64,000 bases of DNA, taken from NCBI RefSeq assembly GCF_036321535.1, contig NC_087437.1, positions 52,516,001 through 52,580,000 on the forward strand, in the 5' to 3' direction. Positions 1 through 11,948 of the stretch are shown one piece after another. This stretch comes from Camelus dromedarius (lineage: Eukaryota). Both the position numbers and the translations under genes were made by a program. Numbering within the stretch: the stretch's first letter is position 1; every line of letters begins with the position of its first letter. The notes beneath the pieces were generated by a model. It saw only the letters and a program-made list of their open reading frames with translations, had not been told where the DNA came from and did no database searches.

Positions 1-238
1 AGTGCTGACCATGAGTTCGATGTTAATGAATCAACAATATATATTAGCTAAGGTGTCTTTAAACAGAAACACACACAAAATAAGATTACATATTGACTGG
101 TCAACAAAAATGTAACCAGAGCCCACCAGAATCTAGCCCTGTATTTCCCCAGGAGCAGTGGTTCATGAGCTGCTACTTCAGTGTTTGTAGTGACTTAATG
201 GAACATGAAGTACCACAGATAATAAGGGTGAAGTGTGT
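1..238 (+). mobile_element. TcMar-Tigger family DNA transposon fragment (Tigger4/Zombi-like), cut by the window edge
   Basis: TAAACAGAAACACAC...CCCTGTATTTCCCCAGGAGCAGTGGTTCA resembles a remembered Tigger-group consensus. Confidence 0.55.
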
Positions 239-383
239 ATAAAATTACCTTCTGGAGCCGTATTTCCCTGGTTATATAGTTTTAGTTCTATCACGTACGA
301 GGTCACTGCTCGCAGTGAGTCCTTTTCTAGGCTTCTCCATTCCCCCTGTGATGACTGGATCTTGCTTCCTTTTTAAGAAGGGT

Positions 384-532
384 GGGGAAGCTATAGCTCA
401 AATGGTAGAGCACATGCTGAGCATGCGCAAAACCCTGGGTTCAATCCCCCATACCTCCATTAAAATGATTAAATCAATAGACGGCATTATCTCCAGGCCC
501 TTTCCCCCAAAACAACAACAACAACAAAAAAA
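384..532 (+). mobile_element. tRNA-derived SINE (camelid Vic-1-like)
   Basis: A-box TAGCTCAAATGGTAGAG, B-box GGGTTCAATCCC, A-rich/CAA tail. Confidence 0.85.
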
Positions 533-1329
533 GGTAGTGGATAATATAGTTCCTAAGTGCATTCATATCTGTAAATGAATTCCTTGGCCTAACTGCAAAT
601 GAATTCCTTGGGTATTCTTTCCCCCAGATTTATAGGCATAATCTACTTCCTTCCTATATTGAATTCCACTCCTGAGAACTTTTCCCCTTAAATGTTACTT
701 GCTTTTTTGCTACCACAAACCTGAAGCATTCTTTCCTTATTCTGAAATAACTTCCCCACTAGCATAGAAGCTCCAAGATAACTGATCTATTTGTTCATCC
801 ATTCTTGTATTCCCAGTGCCAAGAAAAGGGCCTGGCTCAGAGTTGGCTTCAGTAAATGTTTCCAGAATAAATGAATATCAACCTGTTAACACATTATTCA
901 GCCATTCAGAATGATCCATATAAATACTATAAAGAGTGTATAATGGAATGTTTATAAAATAAATGAAGTGTGAAATGGTACATGCATTCTTACTGAAACT
1001 ATGGAAAAATATGCCTGCAGGTGACAAGGCCTGGAAAACAATATGCAGACAGAAATGGGTCACACTTCCATTTCCAGTGTTCTTTGTTTAAAATTGCCTT
1101 AGGTTATTAACCCTTTCCCCCTCAGAATTAATAACATCTTAAAAAGAAAACATTTACGTTTATCTTATTTTGGACCATATGACAAATTAGTTTAAGCTCC
1201 TTGAGGGCAGGCATTGTGTTATTATTTTTAGTTTAGCATTGTGTCCCTTGCACCAAGTGCAGAAACTTTTCTTATCATTGGGCCCAAAATTCTCAGGCAA
1301 TTCGGAGAACATGCAAGGACTGGATATAT

Positions 1330-1475
1330 ATGGGGGGGTTTTGTTTTGTTTTGTTGTTTTATTTTGTATTTTTATTGAAGTATGGTCAGTTTACAATGTT
1401 GTGTCACTTTCTGACAATACTTCAGTCATACAGGAACATATGTATATTTGTTTTCATATTCTTTTTCACCATAAA
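1330..1475 (-). mobile_element. 5'-truncated L1 3' end with 12-bp TSD
   Basis: T-rich tail + TTTATTGAAGTATGGTCAGTTTACAATGTTGTGTC; TSD GACTGGATATAT at 1318-1329 and 1476-1487. Confidence 0.8.
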
Positions 1476-1544
1476 GACTGGATATATGTGAAGAGCAAAT
1501 GTGTTAAGTTGCTTCACCCTCATAAATATAGTTCTTTAAACTTT

Positions 1545-1665
1545 TTTTATTTTTCAGCGGGAGGTAATTAGGTTTATTTATTTATTTGGTTTTTTCAATG
1601 GAGGTACCAGGGATTGAACCCATGACCTCCATGCGCTCTACCGCTTGAGCTATACCCTCCCCCTC
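1545..1665 (-). mobile_element. tRNA-derived SINE (Vic-1-like) with 16-bp TSD
   Basis: Reverse A/B boxes; TSD TAGTTCTTTAAACTTT at 1529-1544 and 1666-1681. Confidence 0.9.
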
Positions 1666-2179
1666 TAGTTCTTTAAACTTTATGTTGTACTTTAGAAACA
1701 CTTTATATTATTTCTAAAATGATTAACTACTTACTATATATGCCTTCAGAAAGCAAACCTCTTGTTCATCGTTTCATTGTTTTGTTATAAAGTCAAGTTT
1801 GCTCAGAGGTAGTATTAACAGAACTCAACTGAGAAACACAGAACATGGTAAACTGGTTTTTAAAGCTTACCCTCTTTTGTTAGAGTTTATTTGAAACAGG
1901 AGAAACTCTGCCTTTCCTCTTTAGACTAGTTTGAAATTCAGTCACTCTGAAATGCCATTACCTGTTTACAATTGGAAAATTACAATTGGATGGATGATGT
2001 CTCCTGTCCAGTGAGGAATTCAGACTCCTACATAGAGCAGGCCTGATTATCATTCACTGCCTTCCCTCTGTTAAATTAAAAGAAACATATCCAAGTAGGA
2101 TGTCAGGGAAGTCAGACTATAACATCTTCAGAGATAACATATTTGTGCTGGAGATTATTTTGTTATGATCCAATTCATG

Positions 2180-2338
2180 ACTGCCCAAAGGCCTAACCTG
2201 GCCACACCCATTAGAATATTGTCTATAGGTGTTTTCCTGCTATAAAGCAAAGTTGAGCGGTTTAACAGTGACCCTTGGCCCACAAAGCTGAAAATATTTA
2301 CCATCTGGCTCTCTACAGAAAAAGCTTGCCAGCCTTGG
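2180..2338 (+). mobile_element. MER58-like hAT-Charlie fossil
   Basis: GGCCCACAAAGCTGAAAATATTTACCATCTGGCTCTCTACAGAAAAAGCTTGCC is typical of MER58. Confidence 0.7.
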
Positions 2339-2369
2339 TCTAATGTCTTAAAAACACAACACGATTTTG

Positions 2370-2530
2370 GAAAGAGCATGGGTTTTGAAGACAGACCTAT
2401 GTTTGAGGTCCAGCTCCATTGCCCACTAGCTATGTGACCTCTGGTAATTAATTACCTAACTTCTCTGGGCCTCAGTTTTGCATGTGTAGTATGATCATAA
2501 TAATGCAAATCTGTCAAGCAGTGCTTTGCA
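2370..2530 (+). mobile_element. MIR SINE remnant
   Basis: CACTAGCTATGTGACC...CTCTGGGCCTCAGTTT core. Confidence 0.65.
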
Positions 2531-2568
2531 GAACCATATTGAGCCCAAGGCAAGAGAAAAAAACACAC

Positions 2569-2595
2569 TATATATATATATATATATATATATAT
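2569..2595. repeat. (TA)n microsatellite
   Basis: About 13 TA units, seen directly. Confidence 0.95.
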
Positions 2596-3355
2596 CAAAT
2601 ACATATGTATAAATTTATCAAAATATCCTCCCATATTTTCAGCCAAGTGAAACATAGCCTTTCATTATTTAGTCTGTTCATACACCATTGTCAACTTTCA
2701 TAAACCAGCTAGCAAGGAAGTGAGTTGGCATGGGCCCGGGAATGCCAGCAGATTGGAAATGATTTTTCCTATTGTACAATAGCACATAGTTGTAAGACAA
2801 GCAATCATCTATCTTATTAAAATTTTTGATGTTTTATTCATTATAGATTTACCTTGATTTTGGTCTTTAAAAATATTACATCAAAATATCATTTATGCAT
2901 TATAATATGCATTATTAATATATGCATACTACTGTTAGCATTAAATATTAAATGATAGTAAATATTATTTAGATATTAATATCATTTAAATGTTGCATTA
3001 AAATATCATAAAAATTTAAAAATTTTAAATTGCTTTAAAAGTCATAAATAAATATAATTTATCTTGGTTACTCTTTGGATGTTCCTTCCACCTTTAAACT
3101 GCACCTGGTGGGTGCCTCAGTTGCCTCATCCTAATCCCAGCCCTGCTGTCAAGACTGTTGTGAGAATGAGAGATAATGTCTGTGGAGTAAATAAAGCATT
3201 ACATGGTACATACTGGATGCCAAAATTTGTAATTGTTGATGGTAAGTTGGGTTAATAGTATTGCTCTTATAAGGTTTTTATGAAGACTAAATAACTTAAT
3301 GTGGGATTTGATATAAACAGTTGTTAAATAATTTAAATAAATTCCTTCCTTGAAA

Positions 3356-3770
3356 TGTTACGGAAATGACAGGCCAAGAAACAAGCACCACTCGGAGGGT
3401 TGGAGTACTCAGATTTATTGTGCCGGTGGGCTCAGAGGGGCTTCTGCTCCGAAGCTCTGAGCACCTCCAAGACGTGTGCATGAGGTTTTATAGGATTAAT
3501 TACAAGCTTGGGGTATTTGGCCAATAGGCATGGAATAGCTTTAGCAGCATCATTATCACAAAAGTAGAAGCAGGGAGGCAGCAAACCAACATTTCAAGGC
3601 CAGATATGTCTCTCTGAAAATCTAGCTGGCTAGCAAAAAAAACATGAGCAGGGAATCAGCAAACCGACACTTATTAGATTTATGAGTTAGCCCAGCAGAA
3701 CTCAGATCAGTAATCCGACACTTGTTACACTTAGAGTTGCGAGTAGGCCCAGCCAGGCTTTTCCTTCACA
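3356..3770 (-). mobile_element. Solo ERV LTR
   Basis: TG...CA termini. On the minus strand: two ~45-bp imperfect direct repeats (3655-3752), a CCAAT box ~3521, TATAAAA 3486-3492 and AATAAA 3414-3419, in U3-R-U5 order. TSD not recognised. Confidence 0.75.
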
Positions 3771-4284
3771 CCATCAGTTTAGTTTTCTTAATCCAAACAA
3801 GGATTTTGGAAAAGGGAAGCTTTATTAGCCAGTGCACAGGTGACAGTGCTTCTCACCGACCAGAGAACTGGGTTTGTTTCTGGCTCTGTCATTAACAAGG
3901 TAAAACAAATAACCTATTTGGGCCATCATTTTTCTCATATGAAAATGAGAGTTTGGTTCCTCATTCCTTAGCCACTTCACTAACCCTCACATTCCTTTTG
4001 GACACAAAATTCTAAGATCTGCAAACTACTAATTTGAAAGGACAAGAGATATCTACTTAGGAGAACAAATTTCCAGGGCTTTCTAACTAACCAAAGGCAA
4101 CCCTAATCTAAAAATATTAATGTATCAAGGCATTAAACTTTCTTTTAATTTTAATTAGAAGACCTGAAAATAATCATACTTTATTCTTGTAATTAGAATG
4201 TTGATCAGATAGGTGTCTTGTCACCTTTATATCAAGCAGTATTTTTTAGCTAACTGGATACATTTTAGTTAACAAACATGGTTC

Positions 4285-4640
4285 CACATGCTATAATAAG
4301 GATGCATCTTGAAAACATTATAATAAGTGAAAGACTCCAGTCACAAAAGACCACACATCCTATGACGCTATTCATATGCAATGTCCAGAACAGGGAAGTC
4401 AATAGAAACAGGAAGTAGAATAGTGGTTGCTTATGGCTGGGGGATGGGAGGAGATGAAGTGACAGGGTGAGATAGTTAAAGGGTACTGGGTTCCTTTCTG
4501 AGGTTATGAAAGTGTTCTGAAGTTGGCTGGTGATAGTTGCATTTTTCTGTGAATATACTAAAACACACTGAATTGTATACTTTAAATGGGTGAATTATAT
4601 GGTATGTGAGTTGTATCTCAATAAGACTGTTTTTAAATAA
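4285..4640 (+). mobile_element. Old L1 (L1M-type) 3'UTR fragment
   Basis: CTTGAAAACATTATAATAAGTGAAAG...GTGAATATACTAAAACACACTGAATTGTATACTTTAAATGGGTGAATT...CTCAATAA. Confidence 0.8.
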
Positions 4641-5414
4641 TGGCTCCAGTAATTTCACACTTTCATGGAAAGAGTGGGAAAAACGACAAAAGTGTTTTGG
4701 AAGTGACTGGGCAGAAGTTTTACTTTTTCTGTCAAAATCAAAACAGGACCCCAATTTTCCAACTTGCTTTCTTTCCCCTTGGAACCTGAGGCTGATGGAC
4801 CTCCATTGTCTACCACTGCAGGTTAACTAAAGCCCCCGCTTTGGTCAGTCTGTGTTGGGGGTAGGGGAGGGATTGTAGTTGTTCCTGTGCAGAATAAATT
4901 ACTCTTATTCTCAGGCTTAGGGACCACATAAGCTGTTGTTTGCTTTACCTTTACGACAGAAAATTGGGTTGGCTAGACAAAATGCCCTCTTGGTTGGAAG
5001 GATGTCTCTCGCTTTTATCCACCAGCTATAGTTCTTTAGGCTACAATCAAGAAAACGGAGATATCTGTTTCTGATCACTGACAACCTTTCTCCCTTTCTG
5101 ATGAAATTTCCAAGGGATCCTTTTACTCCGTATTCGGAAGACACACTGCCCTGAAGCTAAATAAAGCTGCCCATGCTGTCTTGGTGTCATACTTAGTTCT
5201 GGCTTTTTAGCTTCTACCTGCTTTTGGAGGAACTGATTTCATCCTCCACACCTCTGATTGGGGGAAAACTTCTACAGAGAGAGGAAACTCCTCATTCACA
5301 TCCAAAGAGGTGACTGTGAAAAGAGAAAATAGAATTGTAGATGAAGCAATTGTGAGTGTGGTAAAGAGGGGAGAAAATTCTGAGATTCTGTGGGAGTCGA
5401 TAAGCAAATGTTGA

Positions 5415-5506
5415 GGGGTGGGTATAGCCGCTCAGTGGTGCAGTGCAGTGCTTAACATGCACAAGGTTGTGGGTTAATCCCCAGTACCTCTGTTAAAATA
5501 AAAAAA
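5415..5506 (+). mobile_element. tRNA-derived SINE (Vic-1-like), degraded
   Basis: GGGTATAGC..CTCAGTGGT...GGGTTAATCCCCAGTACCTC followed by an A tail. Confidence 0.8.
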
Positions 5507-6689
5507 TTTTTTTAAAATAAACAAAGGTGAACCTCTCAATATGGTCAAGTCAGGTGATTAAAAATGAAAGTATCAGTTTTTCTCAGACCCGTGGTTGGTG
5601 AAGTTTCGTCCACTAACCTCCAAACCCCAGTGACAGTGGCGACATTCCGCTTAATTTAACTTTGATGAACCGTATCCAGTCAGGAAGTAAAACAGGCAGG
5701 GCCCTGACTCACACTTTTTTTATGTCAAGTTCTGGGTTCCAAGGTGTACCCACCTCCAAATATGACACAAATGTGTATGAATAACTTTGTCAAGGCTGCC
5801 TCAAAATATTTACTGAGACTCAGACCTAGATTAAGGGATACATTGTTGAGTATTTTGCAGGCTGGGCAGTGGATGCTGGTCAGTGTCCAGGTCACAGCTC
5901 ACCATGTGTTAACTGATGAGGCCTGGAGCTTTCCAGAAACCCACACTTGAGCACACTCTAAGGTTTGCTCTGAAGGAACTTCCTAAAGTCCCAGAAATAA
6001 AAATTTCTTTAGCTCAGAAACTTTGATTTGAAAAGATTAGAAAATGAGTTAGACTCCTACTTTGAAGACAGAAGTAGAAAGGAAAGGTGACATGTCCCTA
6101 CAATGAAATTCTATTGATTTTTTTTAAATCGGAAAAAGTAACTCAGTTTATATTTTTTTATGCAGAGGACCGCCCTGAATTTGGCACTAAAAATTCGTCC
6201 TGAGCCAGATTGTGTTGAGTTCACAGTTGGCCAGGGCCAAAACTGGTGGAATAGCCTTGTTTCTCTTTCACCCGGGGCAGAGACAGGCAGAAGCATACAG
6301 GCAAGATGCCATCTTGGTTGGAAGGACATCCCTGCTTTTAACCACCAGCTTGTATTTCTTTAGGCTATAACCAAGAAAACAAATGGGATGCCAGATTTCC
6401 TCACTCTCATCTCTTAATCACGTGCACAAATACGCAAATTTACACCCCACCTTCTCACTCACCTTTGTCCCCTGTGTATTGGAGAAGGAGTTATACACAC
6501 ACAGAGTTATAAATCATCTAGGGAGGATTTCTAGTATCCGAAGAAATAATTCTCTCTCTGTTTTTGGCACTAAGCTAGACTCTCTAGGAAAATATCTACC
6601 CCATTTTATACAAGTTGCCATAGGCCAAAATATCGACTGCAGAGTAACTTTAAAAAATACCTATGACTAGCAGCCTTAATTTAGAACAA

Positions 6690-6875
6690 TAATTATCAGC
6701 CTGTGTTCCTTGAACCACCTGCAAGCTGAAAAACCTTGAGGGTTTGTTTAAAATGCAGATTACAGGACCTCCCCCTCCAGACCCACTGAGTCTGGACTGC
6801 TGGAGAAACGAGTCTCTGCATTTTAAGCAAATTCCCAGAATGATTCTGGTCCACACTAGAGTTTGCTAGCCATTG
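6690..6875. mobile_element. MER5-like hAT fossil
   Basis: TTAAAATGCAGATT...TCTGCATTTTAAGCAAATTCCCAG..TGATTCTG with internal inverted symmetry. Confidence 0.65.
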
Positions 6876-8652
6876 CTGTGAAGATTATGGCAAACATTCC
6901 TATTATGATTTCACAACAGTTAGAACAACAAAATAAAAATCTCCGAAAGTGAATGACGTGTATTCTTGGGCTTTCAGAATCCCATCTTAATCAGTTGCTA
7001 ATTTGGGGATTGCAAGCCAAGGAAGGGAAAAACAAGAAGTCAATGCAAATACAGTCAATAACTTCTGCATGTTATTCAACACCCTCCCCCATTAAAGTTC
7101 TAAATTGGTGGTTTTGCAGATACTGAGAAATCTGGATTTAGCTTATAGCTTTAATTATGCTTTTTCCTTCTGGCTATTTATCTAGTTTATTGTGATGTAT
7201 CTCTATCTGCTTAGGTTCTATCCTGCAGCAGTGGGTCTTATAGAATGACTTAAAACAAGACTTACTGATGAGACAAAGGCAAGTAAAAAGGCAGGTCACA
7301 AAAAAAATTAAGTTCCAACTTTGTAAACTGAGATGTATAATGGGAAACTGGAAGAAAGTACTCAAAATTATCATTAGGTTTTTGTGTTTAGTTCCCACTT
7401 GCTTTAAGGTACCTCTTAATTTATTTTATTAAAAAAAATTTTAAAGTGATAATAAATACAAACTTTAAAATATTGACTTCTCAATGAAAAATATCATCAC
7501 TAGTTTAATTTTAACTTAGAATTAAATCAACTCCAAAAGCACAAATTAAGAAAAATGTATTTATAAGCCTGAAATCATAATACAACTATTTTGATTTTTC
7601 CATTTCCTTCTAAACTTTATGTACAGGCATACATACATGACTTTAGCATAATTGTAACCTTAGTTTATCTACAAATCCGAGTTCTGCTTTTTTGATGCAT
7701 TATTTTATAAACATGTTTGCATGTTTCTACATAGCTTAAGAATTATTTTAAAGGCTATGTATTTCTAAAAGTTGATACATTATACCTTACCCATTCCTGT
7801 ATGTAGGAACATTACTGCTATATCTAGTTTCAACTTATTATAAATAACATAGAATCACTTTGTATATGAGGTTTTGTTTTTGTTTTTTTGTTGTTGTTTT
7901 TTTTTTACAAAATATTTCTTTAGAATAAATTCCCAGCAATGGTTTTACTAGTTCAAGGGCATGTACATTTTTATGGGTCCTAATATATTAACATATTTTC
8001 CTTAAAAAAAATTGTACCAATCCTCATTACCATAAACTATGTGAAAAAGTACTAAATTCCTAAAAAGGAATTGATTAATTTTTTAAAGCATTTCACTTTA
8101 CTTTTGTTACCTTGCTGTGTACATTACTGTTTTAATTTTTATTTCTTCATTGTGATTAATAATTTTAAAGTTATCAACATGCCAAGCACCATTCCAAGAA
8201 GTTTACAATATAAAACCATGCTTTTTATAAGAATAATGTAAATGAACCCTTGATGCATGAAAGCTAAAAAAAACCTACCCTCTGTTTTAGATATTATAAT
8301 AAAATTTAAAATTCCCAGAAAATAAATGATCTTATTTCAATGAGGTGGAAAGGCACAGAAAATTTAACTATGGAAGAAAAAACACTGTTCTAAATTTTTC
8401 AACATATTTAATTTTTTTTTACATCAGAAGAACCTTCTAGTTCAATGGAATAATTATTTCTTTTACTACTAAGGAAAAATCTTTTTTTTTTTTTCAGAAT
8501 TAGAAAGTTCATTTTATCCATTTCTTCCCTCCTGAAAAATGACTGTGTGAAACTTAAAAGCCCAACGAAGGAATTTAAAAGGATAATAAAATGACAGTAA
8601 TACAAATAATATTTTTTAAATAATTAAGAAAGCCATTCAATAAATGACCTAC

Positions 8653-8701
8653 CTGATCTCACCAAGCACATCAAACTGATGAGGAAGGATAATCTCAGCA
8701 T
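8653..8701 (-). CDS. LIPH: LIPH (lipase H) coding exon 1, signal peptide
   Basis: Minus strand ATG at 8701 reads MLRLSFLISLMCLVRS + 1 nt, then donor GTAGGT. It resembles the human LIPH N-terminus (MLRFYLFISLLCLSRSD, from memory). The 49-nt phase-1 exon and head-to-head position upstream of SENP2 fit known synteny. The remaining exons lie left of the window. Confidence 0.88.
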
Positions 8702-11700
8702 ATGGAAACTGGAGACAGTGTGTGTCACATTCACAAGAAGAATGATTTCCTTCCCGGAGTCTTAGACTTTCCACTCAGCGAGAGCTCAGATAACTAATCC
8801 AGAGGTGTGGTGACAACAGGAAGTTCCCAAGGGACTGCAGGCGGGTCCCAACCCTTTCAGGACATGTGACTCCCTTTCAGGACATGTGACTCCTCCTCTT
8901 TTCAATAAAAGGTCAGGTACATTTCTGCCTTACACAACTTTATGCATATCTTAATATTATAATATGTCTCTGCAGAATGACGAGTTCAAAATAGCTTCAT
9001 TCTTTGTGGGCGGTTTATTAGTTGTTTGGCTTGGTGTGTCGAAATCAAGTGTGATTTGAGATATTTTCCCTTCTTGTTCTTGTGAATGAAACAAACCCAG
9101 TTAGTATTCTGTTGGCCTGTGTATACAAAACTAGTTTTTATGTTTATTCATATACTCATTTCTCATAAAACAGTCTTTATATTTTATTAAGAACATTTTA
9201 TTAAGTCCAATCATGTACCTGTATTTGTCAAAATATGCTTCGAATTAAAGACAACTTTTTAACAGGTACTATCCAGAGTTCCTATCTCTCCATTTTCCTT
9301 CTCCTCTTCCTCTTTTTTTTTTTTTTTTTTTTAAGGAAAAGTTGATGCAAAAGCTTTAGAGAACTATGCCAAATCCATCCACCTCAAGGTTGGAAGTAAC
9401 TAAATTTGTGCTTCACAGCTACAAGGTAATTTAATTCTCTCTGGTGGAAGTGCTTGCAACACTTAGGCTTGTGGTGGTGGTCTGATGGGCTGAAAAATAA
9501 ACTAGTAAATGAACACAGAAACAACTTAAAAATACATTTTCATCCCAAATATCAGGCAAAAGCCACTAGTCATTTAGTGTCGTCTATCTGAAGTATGTGT
9601 TTTATGCAGTGACAGCATTTCTTATGTAAGTTTCTCAGTTCCCTGTATCTGCACGACATTTAAGTAGCAGGGGATTCCCTGCAGGAAGTAGATTCCAGCA
9701 ATGGTCTCCAAGGAATTGGTACGTAAGAATCAGCCGGGGAGCTTTTACAAGTTTTGTGTATGAGTTTCTGTGTCACACCTCAGACCTAATGAATGGGAGA
9801 CTCCCGAGCAATGGTCCACTGACCAGGGTTCAAATCCCATGTCTGCCAGTCACTAGTTGTATGGCCTTAAGCAAAACATTTAAGTTCTCTAACTCCTAGT
9901 TTTCTCAATTGTAAAATGAAGATAGTAAAACTACAAATCTCACCAGGTTGTTATATGGATTAAATGAGATATTGCAAATAAAGTTCTCAGCGCCATGCCT
10001 ACATCCAAGGTAAATGCACTCCCAGCTTGGTAACTATTGTTATTACCTATCTGGTTATGCAATCTGCACCTTTCCCTCCCCTCGGAAGGTGGGCTGTACA
10101 ACACTGAGAAGGATCCGGTGGAGAAGCTCTGTGGGTATGTGGGAATGAAAAACACCTTCTACCAGGTAAATGATTTTAGCTAGCACTTAAGTCTGTTTTT
10201 GTCTTTTGTCTCCTGCTTAAAGAAATAAATTAAGGAGACATAAATAGGAAAATCAAACAGGTGGCCCACTAACTTTTTAATTTTTCCATTTGCAATAAGC
10301 TTTACTAATTTGAAAACAACTGCCCTCTGGAACAAATGGGGAATTGTTTCCCATTCTTTTAGGAACACGTTATGGAATGCATTACCCGTGTTAGATCAGT
10401 GTACTTGCCTGATAAATATTTGTTGAATTTCTATCAGTTTTAGTACCATGCCAAGTATTTATCTAGACAGAGCCAATGTACATTTTCCTGGAAACTAGCC
10501 AATTATAGGAATAAGAATCATTTCCGTTGGGAGGCTTCTTTGTGTTACTATTAATGATTTTCCTGTTGGGGGCATAGAAGGTCCATAACTTCCTAGCTGT
10601 GTGCTCCTTTCTACTTCCAGCACCCAAAACAGCACAAGAATCAATGGGAGTGAGAATTTGGCGTGTATGAATAGGGAAATGATAAAGAAATTTGAAGAAA
10701 GGTTGTGAAGAACTGTATGTCATGCTTAGGATATTGGATTTTATCTTCAAGACAGTGGGAACCTAGCTTTTTCTTGTTCACTTATTTATATATTATTATT
10801 ATATAGTAATAGTAATAAATATAATGAGTAATATATATGATTATAGATAATAATATATTATTGTTAACTTATTATTATTATGTGAATAATTTTTGGGGGT
10901 AGTTCATGACAAAATGAGAAGGAAAATGTCTACCTACTACTTTTCTGGCCTAAGAAATATTTTTCATGGAAAAGAGCTACTTTGTTTTAGAAACCATGAC
11001 TTCCTTACAAACCATGTAGCAAACAAAATCAGCAGAAGTCCAGGGCTTTCAGTAACAGCTTCCAGAGTGCTATTCAGAACATTTCAAGAAGAGATGGCTC
11101 TAGCAAGGCCTATATGCACATTGGCAAGATAGAGGCAAAATGTATTTTACTTACTAAAAGTTCATTTAAAAAAAAATCAACAAAAATTTCCGGAGAATGT
11201 TCAATATTTAAAGCCTGGGTGCCATGTTTTTTAGATTTATTTGGACCTTAAACTGTTATTTAAAGATATTGTTACTAGAGTCAGGTTTCTGTTTTTATTT
11301 GTATTTAGCTGGCTTCCCAAGCATTGGTCATAAGAATCCTGGACCTTCATTAGACAGTTATTCCCTGGAGCATGCTCAGAGTTGTCTGTGTGGGAAACAA
11401 CTCTATGGAAAAGTCCACCCCTGTAATTTCAGAGGTCTATCCTTGTGACTTTTGACTTGGGCGTCCGTTTGGAACCATCGTGAACCGTTTGAGGGACTCT
11501 CACTGTCTAAATCAGGAGGGCTCCTCTCACCAGGTGCTTCCTGCACTTCCGGCTGCACCTCCGTTTCAGCTGCCCCCAGAGGTGCTGTCTCTCTTTTTGA
11601 GGTTCTCCCTGGGCCCATCCAAAGTAAATTTCAGGGTTGCCACATATTTTAAGTCAGACTATTCCAAACAAACCTCCCAGTGAAAAGCAACCCAGCCATT

Positions 11701-11948
11701 TTTAGTGGTTCAGTTAACAGAAGACTAGAAACGTATCTTATACATTTTACTTTCCTTAATAAATAAGAACAATGAAAGTATAAATTTGCCTTTCTTAACA
11801 ACAACAAAAGGTAACTAAAGAACAGCAACAAAAGACATAAAAAGAGAGATCCTGAAAATACATAGAAGAGGGACAGGATAGAAGAGGCGTCAGCTCTTGT
11901 GACGCTGTGGGAAATGATCAGGCCCTCAATGACAATAATTTTGATTAG

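Noticed and set aside
10780..10892. AT-rich stretch as a functional element (also 2800-3060)
   Set aside because: Low-complexity degenerate (TA/TAA)n sequence with no specific structure.
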